The translations under genes were made by a program, and so were the position numbers. Source: Candidatus Babeliales bacterium (GTDB lineage Bacteria > Babelota > Babeliae > Babelales > Vermiphilaceae). From it: a DNA stretch of 24,116 bases. This document shows, piece by piece, positions 1 to 7,843 of this stretch. The notes under the pieces are model-generated. The model was not told the origin of the DNA and did not search any database. It worked only from the letters and a program-made list of their open reading frames with translations. Numbering within the stretch: the first letter of the stretch is position 1; every line of letters begins with the position of its first letter. The stretch covers positions 1 through 24,116 of the forward strand of contig JBIOKB010000016.1 in NCBI GenBank assembly GCA_044451405.1, given 5' to 3'.

Positions 1-362
1 TCTTCAGATTGTAGTAATGGGAAAGTCTCAAGATCAACTACGTGGGCTTTACTAGATGTGTCTTTAGCTTTTTCCTTCTTTTTACTAGATTCTTCTATCT
101 CTGCCAGAAGTTTGCCCATTGCCCATTCAAAGTCTATTTCCATTTCTTTTTCGAGTTTCGTTTTAGAGTATGTATATTCTGGCGTGATGTTAAAAGTCCC
201 ATACATCTCTGTTTTATCCATGTCACATAATTTCATGAATAACTGTAGTTCGGCTGATTCGGGTTGGGCACTTATTTCTTTCGGACGAGAGAACTTGCGA
301 GTCATTGTATAAGAGTTATTACTGCATGCTGAGGTTATAATAAATGCTACTAATAGATACAT
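1..362 (-). CDS. Hypothetical protein, probably exported; partial (3' end beyond window)
   Basis: Not in the ORF track because it has no stop in the window. ATG at 362-360 follows AAGGGG (SD-like). It reads MYLLVAFIITSACSNNSYTMTRKF...LETFPLLQSE, open to base 1, with a hydrophobic N-terminus. Confidence 0.75.
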   Translation of the reverse strand, partial: MYLLVAFIITSACSNNSYTMTRKFSRPKEISAQPESAELQLFMKLCDMDKTEMYGTFNITPEYTYSKTKLEKEMEIDFEWAMGKLLAEIEESSKKKEKAKDTSSKAHVVDLETFPLLQSE

Positions 363-400
363 GGCTTGTCCCCTTTTTATAGTATTGTATTGTTCTTTTT

Positions 401-429
401 AGTGTATCAGGATGCCCTAAGGGAGGCAA
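401..429 (-). promoter_or_regulatory. Putative sigma70 promoter for the 1-362 gene
   Basis: Minus strand TTGCCT-17 nt-TACACT, about 40 nt upstream of the ATG. Confidence 0.5.
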
Positions 430-447
430 AATAGAGAAGGTTATTCC

Positions 448-879
448 TTAAAATCTCTTGCTCATAAAATATTTTGTATGCCCTGGCGGGCAATTTTCAA
501 GTGCACCAAATACTTGATATCCATGCTTGAGGTAGAAATCTTTTGCCTGAAAATCAAAGGTATCTAAATGAGCGAGTGTGCAGCCGATCTTTTGTGCTTC
601 TTGCTCAACTTTTTCAAGTAGCTGCGATCCATAGCCGTGCTTGCGATGTTGTTCATCAACCCATAACACGTTAATGTAAAGGATTTTCCAGCAGTACGAC
701 GCAGCGATGATGCCGCCAATGATGGTGCCATTCTCATCTTTAATGACGTAATTGAAGTTGATAAATGCCGGATCTTGAGTGAATGGAACTTTGCTGTTGT
801 TGAATTCAACAATTTGCTGATCGATGAAATCTGTATCTTGTGTAGAAGCGGAAGTAACTATTGATTTGTTCACGTTCAT
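448..879 (-). CDS. GNAT family N-acetyltransferase
   Basis: 143 aa. Acetyl-CoA motif A LWVDEQHRKHGYGSQLL and motif B DTFDFQAKDFYLKHGY. The start overlaps the upstream stop (ATGA). Confidence 0.93.
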   Translation of the reverse strand: MNVNKSIVTSASTQDTDFIDQQIVEFNNSKVPFTQDPAFINFNYVIKDENGTIIGGIIAASYCWKILYINVLWVDEQHRKHGYGSQLLEKVEQEAQKIGCTLAHLDTFDFQAKDFYLKHGYQVFGALENCPPGHTKYFMSKRF

Positions 880-1643
880 TCCACCGGGAAGTTAAAGTAA
901 CTGCTATCCTGATTTGCAGGAAATGGTTCATTTTTGAGGGTAAAATGCCACCACTCTTCTGAATAATTTTTAAAGCCGTGCTTTTCCATGATGTTTTTTA
1001 GGTAAGTTCTGCGTGCTTTATATTCTTGAGCAATTAGATTATTTTCATAATGGGAAGCAACATCAAAGAGATCGAATGATGAACCCATATCTACGGTGCC
1101 ATCATCTAAATAAGTGATAGAGAAGTTATCGAGTAACGTGCGTTGTGTTGTTTTAATGTCATGAACTGATTGGCCATTTTTGATGAGTGTAAGATCAACC
1201 GTGCTGCCTCTGCTATGTCCTGAACGTTCTGCAACATAACCAAGCTCAAATACGCGTGCTTTATCTATGCGTGGGTAGTAGTAATCTTTTTTAGCTTGAT
1301 CCTTAACATCTTTGCTCCAGCGCATGAAATGGTCAACTGCTTGTTGTGGGCGATACGCGTCATATACAACAAGAGAGTAACCATCTTTTTTTACTTCTTC
1401 TTGCACCTTCTTTAAAGCTTGCGCTGCTTGCTTTGTCATTATGACCACATTTTTTTTATAGCCGTCAACAACGGTGCCAACAAAGTTTTCATTACTGTTG
1501 TAGCGCAATGAAGTTTTAATAGTTGGATCGATTTCATGCAGATATACAAAACCTTTTGCACGTGTTTCAGGAGTGAGTGCAAGAGTAGTGCTGCAGCTGA
1601 TTATTAAGCTGCATAACAATGATAAGCCGAATAGTTTTTTCAT
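876..1643 (-). CDS. ddpX: D-alanyl-D-alanine dipeptidase (VanX/DdpX, peptidase M15D) with signal peptide
   Basis: Motifs YDAYRP, SGHSRGSTVD, DMGSSFD and EEWWHF (Zn ligands H, D, H plus catalytic E). N-terminus MKKLFGLSLLCSLIISCSTTLA is signal- or lipoprotein-like. SD GAGGA. Confidence 0.9.
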   Translation of the reverse strand: MKKLFGLSLLCSLIISCSTTLALTPETRAKGFVYLHEIDPTIKTSLRYNSNENFVGTVVDGYKKNVVIMTKQAAQALKKVQEEVKKDGYSLVVYDAYRPQQAVDHFMRWSKDVKDQAKKDYYYPRIDKARVFELGYVAERSGHSRGSTVDLTLIKNGQSVHDIKTTQRTLLDNFSITYLDDGTVDMGSSFDLFDVASHYENNLIAQEYKARRTYLKNIMEKHGFKNYSEEWWHFTLKNEPFPANQDSSYFNFPVE

Positions 1644-1658
1644 AACTGTTCCTCGTAT

Positions 1659-2534
1659 TTAAAGTTTTGAATTCTTTACTGCATCATAGATAGCGCTTCT
1701 TTTGCTTGCATCAGCTTCTTGCCAAAAGCTTGCATAACGATCACCATGCGAAAAATGCCACCATTCATAGGTATAATTAACAAGGCCTGCCTGTGCTGCC
1801 GCAGCAAGGAGTAATAAGCGATTGTTTATTTGTTCTTCTGTTAAATCAGCAGAGAAAGTTGGTGCGGTGGTGTTTTTCCCCCAGATTACCCCAAATGGCC
1901 CCATATCAATAAATTGGTTGTTTTTGATGTCCCATAAACGAATATCAACAGCGGCACCCGTTGAATGTACGGGAATATTGTTACGAACCGGGGATACCCA
2001 TTTACAGGTTTCAGCAAACGCTTCTTCTTCGCTCATACTTGGATTGGCTTGCTGAATCTCGTGCGCTTTATTAGTAAAAAGCATTTCTTGTGTTTTTAAA
2101 TCACGCAGTCCTTCAAATACTTTGATGTGTATTTGTCCTGCTTGGTAGCCAAAATGAGGAGCGAGAGTATCCAATTGATTAACGAGGCCTTGCAGTTTTA
2201 CAAATACTGAACGTCTGATTTTAGATGAAGCAGTAAAGCCAGAATTGCAATCAGCAGATGCAAATGGATGCGTAGGATTTGGCAGCATACTAATGCGTGC
2301 ATGATTTGATGCGTTAACATCCACTAATGGCTCATTTGATTCAATAATGGGAATCGTTTTTACACGAGGATCAACAATTTTAGGTGCGTCATTCTTGACA
2401 TGAAGTTCATGCTGGGCAGTGAGTAAGCGGTATGCTGATTCATTTATAACCGATTTTTTTGATTCAAGATGTTCTTTCCAAGAAGCATTTAATGATAAAG
2501 AAAATAATGCGAAAGCACATATTAGACGTCTCAT
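1659..2534 (-). CDS. Second M15-family D-Ala-D-Ala dipeptidase-like Zn peptidase with signal peptide
   Basis: Motifs FEGLR, PVHSTGAAVD, DMG and YEWWHFSHGDR. Start moved from 2549 to ATG 2534 (SD GGAG, ATGA overlap with the upstream ORF), giving signal peptide MRRLICAFALFSLSLNA. Confidence 0.85.
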   Translation of the reverse strand: MRRLICAFALFSLSLNASWKEHLESKKSVINESAYRLLTAQHELHVKNDAPKIVDPRVKTIPIIESNEPLVDVNASNHARISMLPNPTHPFASADCNSGFTASSKIRRSVFVKLQGLVNQLDTLAPHFGYQAGQIHIKVFEGLRDLKTQEMLFTNKAHEIQQANPSMSEEEAFAETCKWVSPVRNNIPVHSTGAAVDIRLWDIKNNQFIDMGPFGVIWGKNTTAPTFSADLTEEQINNRLLLLAAAAQAGLVNYTYEWWHFSHGDRYASFWQEADASKRSAIYDAVKNSKL

Positions 2535-2740
2535 GATTGTTTTCTCCAATATCTTTTAATAGCAGGTATGCACCATTCTTGTATTGCGATAACTATTGGT
2601 AAACCAAATATGCCGGCGAGCAAGGCTGTTGAAGGCACTGTTATTCCAATAAGAGAAGCTATAATCATCACAAAACCAGCCCCTATAACTCCGCACATAA
2701 GAAAACTTATTATTTTTTTTAATGTACTTGGTGATTTCAT
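2531..2740 (-). CDS. Small membrane protein (69 aa, about 2 TM helices, basic C-terminal tail)
   Basis: SD GGAG, two long hydrophobic stretches, tail QEWCIPAIKRYWRKQS. The stop overlaps the next ATG. Confidence 0.7.
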   Translation of the reverse strand: MKSPSTLKKIISFLMCGVIGAGFVMIIASLIGITVPSTALLAGIFGLPIVIAIQEWCIPAIKRYWRKQS

Positions 2741-2742
2741 GA

Positions 2743-2847
2743 TTATGTTCTCCAGCCAGCTTTTTTAAGCCAAGCAATAAATTCTTTGGCAATTAATGGT
2801 GCACTGATGAGAGCTAAAGCTAAGAGAGAGTTTTTGATGTAGTTCAT
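2743..2847 (-). CDS. 34-aa peptide (signal-peptide-like N-terminus plus cationic amphipathic tail)
   Basis: Below the ORF-track size cutoff. Sequence MNYIKNSLLALALISAPLIAKEFIAWLKKAGWRT*. SD AAGGA. It fills the gap exactly: 9 nt after the upstream stop, 2 nt before the next ATG. Confidence 0.6.
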   Translation of the reverse strand: MNYIKNSLLALALISAPLIAKEFIAWLKKAGWRT

Positions 2848-2856
2848 AGTGTGTCC

Positions 2857-3045
2857 TTATTTACTGATAAATGGGAATCGTGTTTTGAGTATAAAAAATA
2901 GTGAACCAGCTATGGCAGCTACAAAAGGCACGTACCAGTTAGGAAGGTCGATATAATAATACCAGAAGCAGCTTATTAAGAATCCAGAGGCCAAAAGAAC
3001 TGTTATTTTATGTAAGGTATTTGGATTTTGAAGAAAGATATTCAT
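2857..3045 (-). CDS. Small membrane protein (62 aa, about 2 TM helices)
   Basis: SD AAGGGA, two hydrophobic segments, basic tail. First gene after a promoter-like element. Confidence 0.65.
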   Translation of the reverse strand: MNIFLQNPNTLHKITVLLASGFLISCFWYYYIDLPNWYVPFVAAIAGSLFFILKTRFPFISK

Positions 3046-3090
3046 AAGAGTCCCTTAGCTGAATTAAAGGATTAAACACCAGTTAATTTC

Positions 3091-3118
3091 AGTATAAAAG
3101 AGGCTAAAAAAAGTACAA
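3091..3118 (-). promoter_or_regulatory. Putative sigma70 promoter of the peptide/dipeptidase/GNAT operon
   Basis: Minus strand TTGTAC-16 nt-TATACT, 45 nt upstream of ATG 3045. Confidence 0.5.
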
Positions 3119-3134
3119 TGATAACGAGAAAATG

Positions 3135-3200
3135 TTATTTCCCCCGATATCTCTTAACAGCCGGTATAACCCATCCTTGTGCCACATGACCTACTATCAT
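3135..3200 (-). pseudogene. 3' remnant (or 21-aa mini-gene) paralogous to the 69-aa protein at 2531-2740
   Basis: MIVGHVAQGWVIPAVKRYRGK* aligns with IAIQEWCIPAIKRYWRKQ, with 34/45 nt identical by hand count. An in-frame TGA lies just upstream, inside the end of the ABC gene. Confidence 0.6.
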
Positions 3201-3208
3201 CCCACATA

Positions 3209-4984
3209 TTATTTTTCACTCTTACTTTGCTGCTTCTTCCACAATTTAAAATACATCCCTTGAGCAGTTAACAGCTCCTGATGCGTGCCTTGTTCTACAA
3301 TTCTCCCTTTATCAAGCACAATAATAGTATCAGCGTAAATCACCGTTGATAAGCGGTGCGCAATAATAAGCGTGGTTGCATGTGTTGAAATTGCTTCCAG
3401 GCTTTGTTGAATATCCCGTTCAGTGTTTGTATCCAGCGCTGAGGTTGCTTCATCAAAAATATACATGACTGGTTTTTTGAGCAGTACACGGGCAATAGCA
3501 ATACGCTGTTTTTCACCACCCGATAATTTAAGTCCTCGTTCGCCTACCATTGAGTCTAAGCCTTCAGGCAACTCTTTAATAAACTGTTCTAAATGCGCAA
3601 GTTTAATCACTGTTTCAACGTCTTGCCGCGTTGCATCAGGACGTCCATAGGCAATGTTATAATAGAGGGTATTGTTAAAAAGTACCGTGTCTTGCGGCAC
3701 AATGCCAATTGCTTTGTGGAGTGAATCTTGGGAAATAGTTCTAATATCGTGGCCATTAATGGCTATAGAACCATCAGAAACATCGTAAAATCTGAATAAT
3801 AGTCGTGCGATAGTTGATTTGCCTGACCCTGATGCGCCTACAATAGCAACCGTTTTACCCGCAGGGACGGTAAATGAAATGCCATGTAAAATAGCGCGGC
3901 GATGTTCATAATGAAATTTAACGTTAGTAAAACTGATATCAGCAGTAGGGGCATTGAGAGTTATGGCATGGGGTGCATCAATTACTTCTGGTTTTTCCTG
4001 CATTAAGTGAATGATGTTTTCCATATCTGTTAAACTTTGACGCAAATCGCGGAACAATAAACCAAAATAGCTTAAAGGCGTAACAAATTGTAACAGGTAG
4101 CCATGAATTAAGATAAAGTCGCCAACGTTCATGGTGCCCGCAAGTACCGCACGGCCTGAAAGCCACGTTAACATCATAAGCCCAAGTCCAATGATAATGC
4201 CTTGCCCTAGGTGAATAAGGCCAGTATCGCTATGTTTTTTAGTTGCTGCTTGTTCCCGTTCTTGCAGTACCAGATCACATTGCTGATATTCATACCGTTC
4301 ATTGGCAAAATATTTAACGGTAGAAAAATTAATGAGGGTATCAACAATGCGGGCATTCGCTTTAATATCTTTTTCATTACTCGTTTGTTGTGCGTGAATG
4401 GACCAGCGCATGCCAAGCATGCTAAAAGCCAAATATAAGATGAGAATCATTAACAGTGCGATACCATATGTGAAGGTGTAGAAGTACCACAAAATAGCAA
4501 CTGCTAGTAATACTTCAACCATGGTAGGAATAATGTATAAAAAAAGAAACCAGTAAATGGTTGGAAATGCATGTTGCGCCTTTTCAATAGCAATGGTAAT
4601 AGCACCCGTCCGTTTGCTGACATGAAAGCGTAAGGAAAGCTGTTGTAAATGATTAAAAATATGAAGGCTGAGCAATCGAATGCTCCGTTCCATAGTTCTA
4701 AAAAGTACCAATTCGCGCAGTTGCAGCGTAATTTGGCTCGTGGTCCATAATATTCCATAACTAATAAGTAGTAAAAGTGCCAGATAACTGGGGAGCATGG
4801 TTGGCTCAGCAAGCGTACTAATTACTTTTTTAAATAAAATGGGAATGCCAAGATTAAGGCAAATAGTGACTGCAACAAGGGCCATGGACACAAAAATGCG
4901 CGAGCGTAAACGCCAATCATTAACCCATAAAAATGGTAAAAGCCATGCGATAATGGAGGTGTGAGAGATACGGTTTTTATTCAT
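3209..4984 (-). CDS. ABCB-type half transporter, ATM1/HMT1 family (TMD plus NBD)
   Basis: 591 aa. LSLRFH..KRTG and TVKYFANE motifs typical of ATM1. Walker A GASGSGKS, signature LSGGEKQR, Walker B IFDEATSALD, IAHRLST. Confidence 0.92.
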   Translation of the reverse strand: MNKNRISHTSIIAWLLPFLWVNDWRLRSRIFVSMALVAVTICLNLGIPILFKKVISTLAEPTMLPSYLALLLLISYGILWTTSQITLQLRELVLFRTMERSIRLLSLHIFNHLQQLSLRFHVSKRTGAITIAIEKAQHAFPTIYWFLFLYIIPTMVEVLLAVAILWYFYTFTYGIALLMILILYLAFSMLGMRWSIHAQQTSNEKDIKANARIVDTLINFSTVKYFANERYEYQQCDLVLQEREQAATKKHSDTGLIHLGQGIIIGLGLMMLTWLSGRAVLAGTMNVGDFILIHGYLLQFVTPLSYFGLLFRDLRQSLTDMENIIHLMQEKPEVIDAPHAITLNAPTADISFTNVKFHYEHRRAILHGISFTVPAGKTVAIVGASGSGKSTIARLLFRFYDVSDGSIAINGHDIRTISQDSLHKAIGIVPQDTVLFNNTLYYNIAYGRPDATRQDVETVIKLAHLEQFIKELPEGLDSMVGERGLKLSGGEKQRIAIARVLLKKPVMYIFDEATSALDTNTERDIQQSLEAISTHATTLIIAHRLSTVIYADTIIVLDKGRIVEQGTHQELLTAQGMYFKLWKKQQSKSEK

Positions 4985-5044
4985 AATGGTACTTTGATAG
5001 GGATAGGCAAGAGATTGCCCAACGGGGAACTTTTATATCTTTTT

Positions 5045-5072
5045 AGTATACCAATATGCGTTATAAAGGCAA
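5045..5072 (-). promoter_or_regulatory. Putative sigma70 promoter of the ABC transporter
   Basis: Minus strand TTGCCT-16 nt-TATACT with an extended -10 TGn. Confidence 0.5.
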
Positions 5073-5088
5073 TGAGATCATAAAGCAA

Positions 5089-6267
5089 TTAATCATAGGT
5101 TTCTTTGATTAATTTTCTACGTTCAGCCTCACTTTCTAAAGTGCGGCTTATAGGCTTATCTTGAGAACCACGAAGTTTTACTGATATTGTACGAATGATT
5201 TCTTCGCTATATTCCTTGGTTAGGGGAAATTTTAACGATGAAGGCATTAACGTTTTAAATTGTTGTAATCGTTCATCGTGTATATCTATAGTCCACTGAT
5301 CGTATTTATTAATTTTATATCTTAGTTGATATATGAATTCGTCACGTTGTAAATACTCATTTAGATTTGTTATTTTAAGAATAGACTTAATTTCTTGTTC
5401 AGTCAGCGTGCGATTAAGAGCTCCCGCGGCTACTTTTACAAGTTTTCTATATTGCTCATTGTCTAAAGTAAAAGGTATTATTTTTGATTCACCTTGGGTA
5501 GGTGTATATTTTATTCTGTAGGTATATGGAAATTGATCGCTATCGGGTACCTCTTTTAATACCTTATTACAGAGAAGTTGTATCCAAATATTACGTGTAT
5601 TTATGAGTAATTTTAAGTTTTCTATTTCGGGTAGCTTTTTAGTGAAAGTACGAACAAGAGCTGTTGCTCGTTCATAACGTTTTTTTTTCATCTCTTCACG
5701 TATATGCGGTGGATATTCGATTCTTCCCCCATCAAACAATGGGGTTGCAGGTTCATCCATAGAGAGTGCCTGTGGGAAACTAAAGAGCGGTGATTGTGGT
5801 GATTCTGGTGAAGAAGGGGAGCTATCAGATGGTGGTGTGACCGGACTCACTGGGGTTAAAGGTGAAGGAGGTGGTATGCGTGGTGTAAGAAATCTATCGC
5901 CCAAGTGATCGGGAAATCGTTCTAAAGCGGTTTGAGGACTAGTAGCGGGCGTTGGGGGTGATGGACGAACAGGGCGTTGTTGGTGTGAAGTAGAGATGTC
6001 TGTTGTTGGTGTAACTGATGCGGTAGTTGAGGGTACACGTAGTTGATTTGGTACAGTGAGGTGTGTTGGTCCTAGTGGTACTGCTTTTTTTATAGGATGC
6101 GTATGAGCTACTGATGTAGGTGCAACTGCTTGAACTTGCTTGCGGGGTTCTACACGTACAACGGTCATTTGTATTATTTCAGTTTTTTCACCACACAAAC
6201 AACCTCCAAAAAATCCTGCATGTGTAGAGGGCATTATTGTTACTAAAAACCAAAACAGAACATTCAT
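5089..6267 (-). CDS. Hypothetical exported protein with Pro/Ser/Thr-rich disordered region
   Basis: 392-aa ORF with a signal-like N-terminus, a low-complexity P/S/T segment and a Lys/Glu-rich C-terminal half. No family recognised. Confidence 0.8.
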   Translation of the reverse strand: MNVLFWFLVTIMPSTHAGFFGGCLCGEKTEIIQMTVVRVEPRKQVQAVAPTSVAHTHPIKKAVPLGPTHLTVPNQLRVPSTTASVTPTTDISTSHQQRPVRPSPPTPATSPQTALERFPDHLGDRFLTPRIPPPSPLTPVSPVTPPSDSSPSSPESPQSPLFSFPQALSMDEPATPLFDGGRIEYPPHIREEMKKKRYERATALVRTFTKKLPEIENLKLLINTRNIWIQLLCNKVLKEVPDSDQFPYTYRIKYTPTQGESKIIPFTLDNEQYRKLVKVAAGALNRTLTEQEIKSILKITNLNEYLQRDEFIYQLRYKINKYDQWTIDIHDERLQQFKTLMPSSLKFPLTKEYSEEIIRTISVKLRGSQDKPISRTLESEAERRKLIKETYD

Positions 6268-6287
6268 TGCGTATTCTACCTTAATTT

Positions 6288-7013
6288 CTACGGTGCAAGT
6301 AGGCTTGTATATCCTCCATCCTGCTTTTTAAATAAAAAGTGAAGCGCACCAAAAAAATGTTTTACGTTAAGAACATACATATCTAATGCAGTGATATCTA
6401 CATGTTCTTTAATATACAACGGTGGCAACACAAAATTAGGCGTATTATCAGCCAGGGTAATACCCGCAGGAAGATAAATGTCATAAGCATCAGCAAAAAT
6501 GATAATAGTGTCAAGAGGAATAATGTTATCGGTTGGTACTGATGCGTGTTGCACTTCCCAATAATACAGATGAGTATCAGGATCCTGTTTGAATGCAAGG
6601 GAATAGAAGTTAACCGGTACTTGAGGATCTAATTCCCAATGATGTACCGTCATGCCATTTATTAATATCGGAGTAATGCGATCAGTTATTAAAACATGCA
6701 GGAGTGGATGTTCTTGCTTGCGGGGGAATTGAAGTTGCCCATTGCAATCAGAAACATTTAAAAAACCAGCATACGTTGCAAAAATACCTGAGCCGATACA
6801 GGGTTGAATTAAGCCGTGCAAGGTATTATGTGCAATAGTGCCAATATGAGATAAGTGTGTATTTAATTGCTTTGAATACTCAGATGATATGGTTGGATAT
6901 GGACGGATAAAGAGCGTTATAATGGGATCACATAGTACAGCACTAGAGAATGTTAATGTCATGATGCTTGATACAAGTACTGATGTACGGGAGTTAGATG
7001 TTATATACTTCAT
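6288..7013 (-). CDS. Hypothetical exported protein
   Basis: Long ORF. Start moved from 7115 to ATG 7013 (SD GAGG; removes the overlap with rsmG), giving signal-like MKYITSNSRTSVLVSSIMTLTFSSAVLC. Confidence 0.75.
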   Translation of the reverse strand: MKYITSNSRTSVLVSSIMTLTFSSAVLCDPIITLFIRPYPTISSEYSKQLNTHLSHIGTIAHNTLHGLIQPCIGSGIFATYAGFLNVSDCNGQLQFPRKQEHPLLHVLITDRITPILINGMTVHHWELDPQVPVNFYSLAFKQDPDTHLYYWEVQHASVPTDNIIPLDTIIIFADAYDIYLPAGITLADNTPNFVLPPLYIKEHVDITALDMYVLNVKHFFGALHFLFKKQDGGYTSLLAP

Positions 7014-7105
7014 GATACGAATAACCTCACAATAATAATGGTAGTATGTTATCATGACAGTACCAAAATGAGGGATGGAAAAGCTACTATTTATAGGATA
7101 CATCA

Positions 7106-7765
7106 GTGGATGCATTTGAAAAATATGGACCGACTATAAACCAAGCGTGGCATCACTTTGTTGAGCAAGAAAAATTGAGTATTGAGCAAGCCCATGCATT
7201 TGAGCAGTATGTGCTCTTACTACTTGCATGGAATGATACCATGAACATTACCACGATTACCGATATTCCCGTATTACTTAAAGATCATTTTCAAGACTCT
7301 TTGCACCTTGCGCATGTTATGCCATTAACAGCACACGATTGGATCTGTGATGTTGGTAGTGGCGGTGGATTTCCCGGTATACCACTTAAAATTATGTATC
7401 CAGAGGTGCCGATGGTATTGCTTGAAGTAAATACCAAAAAGATACGCTTTCTTACTACCGTTATTGCAACGCTTGGATTACGCACTATTGAGGTATGTTC
7501 ATCAGATTGGCGTACCTTTATACGCAAAGCACCATATCCTATTACTTTGTTTCTTGCGCGGGCCTCATTACGGCCTGATGAACTCATTCGTATATTTAAA
7601 CCAGGATGTGTATATAAACATGCACGATTGATTTATTGGGCATCACGTGCGTGGGAATTAGGAGCAAAAGAGGTGCCATTTTTGGAAAAAGAAGAGCGCT
7701 ATGATATTGGGAATAAACATCGGCGATTGTTATTCTTTAAACAGCCAGAAAATGCGCTAGTATAA
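7106..7765 (+). CDS. rsmG: 16S rRNA m7G527 methyltransferase RsmG (GidB)
   Basis: WNDTMNITTI, HFQDSL, SAM motif DVGSGGGFPGIPL, EVNTKKIRFL, ARA. GTG start after AGGA. Confidence 0.9.
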   Translation: MDAFEKYGPTINQAWHHFVEQEKLSIEQAHAFEQYVLLLLAWNDTMNITTITDIPVLLKDHFQDSLHLAHVMPLTAHDWICDVGSGGGFPGIPLKIMYPEVPMVLLEVNTKKIRFLTTVIATLGLRTIEVCSSDWRTFIRKAPYPITLFLARASLRPDELIRIFKPGCVYKHARLIYWASRAWELGAKEVPFLEKEERYDIGNKHRRLLFFKQPENALV

Positions 7766-7843
7766 ACCGCTTGTTTACATTTTTGTCTACTTACTTTATA
7801 CCTAAACGGATCTTTACCATCACTTCAGTCGAAGGAGAATACC

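Noticed and set aside
42..312. Plus-strand ORFs 42-230 and 58-312
   Set aside because: Antisense shadows of the minus-strand gene 1-362, which has an SD and a promoter.
876..2534. Vancomycin resistance cluster
   Set aside because: No vanH, vanA/B ligase or vanRS nearby. M15 dipeptidases alone do not confer resistance.
2556..2792. 78-aa minus-strand ORF and 66-aa plus-strand ORF
   Set aside because: They overlap the better supported 69-aa and 34-aa ORFs, which have SDs and coupled junctions.
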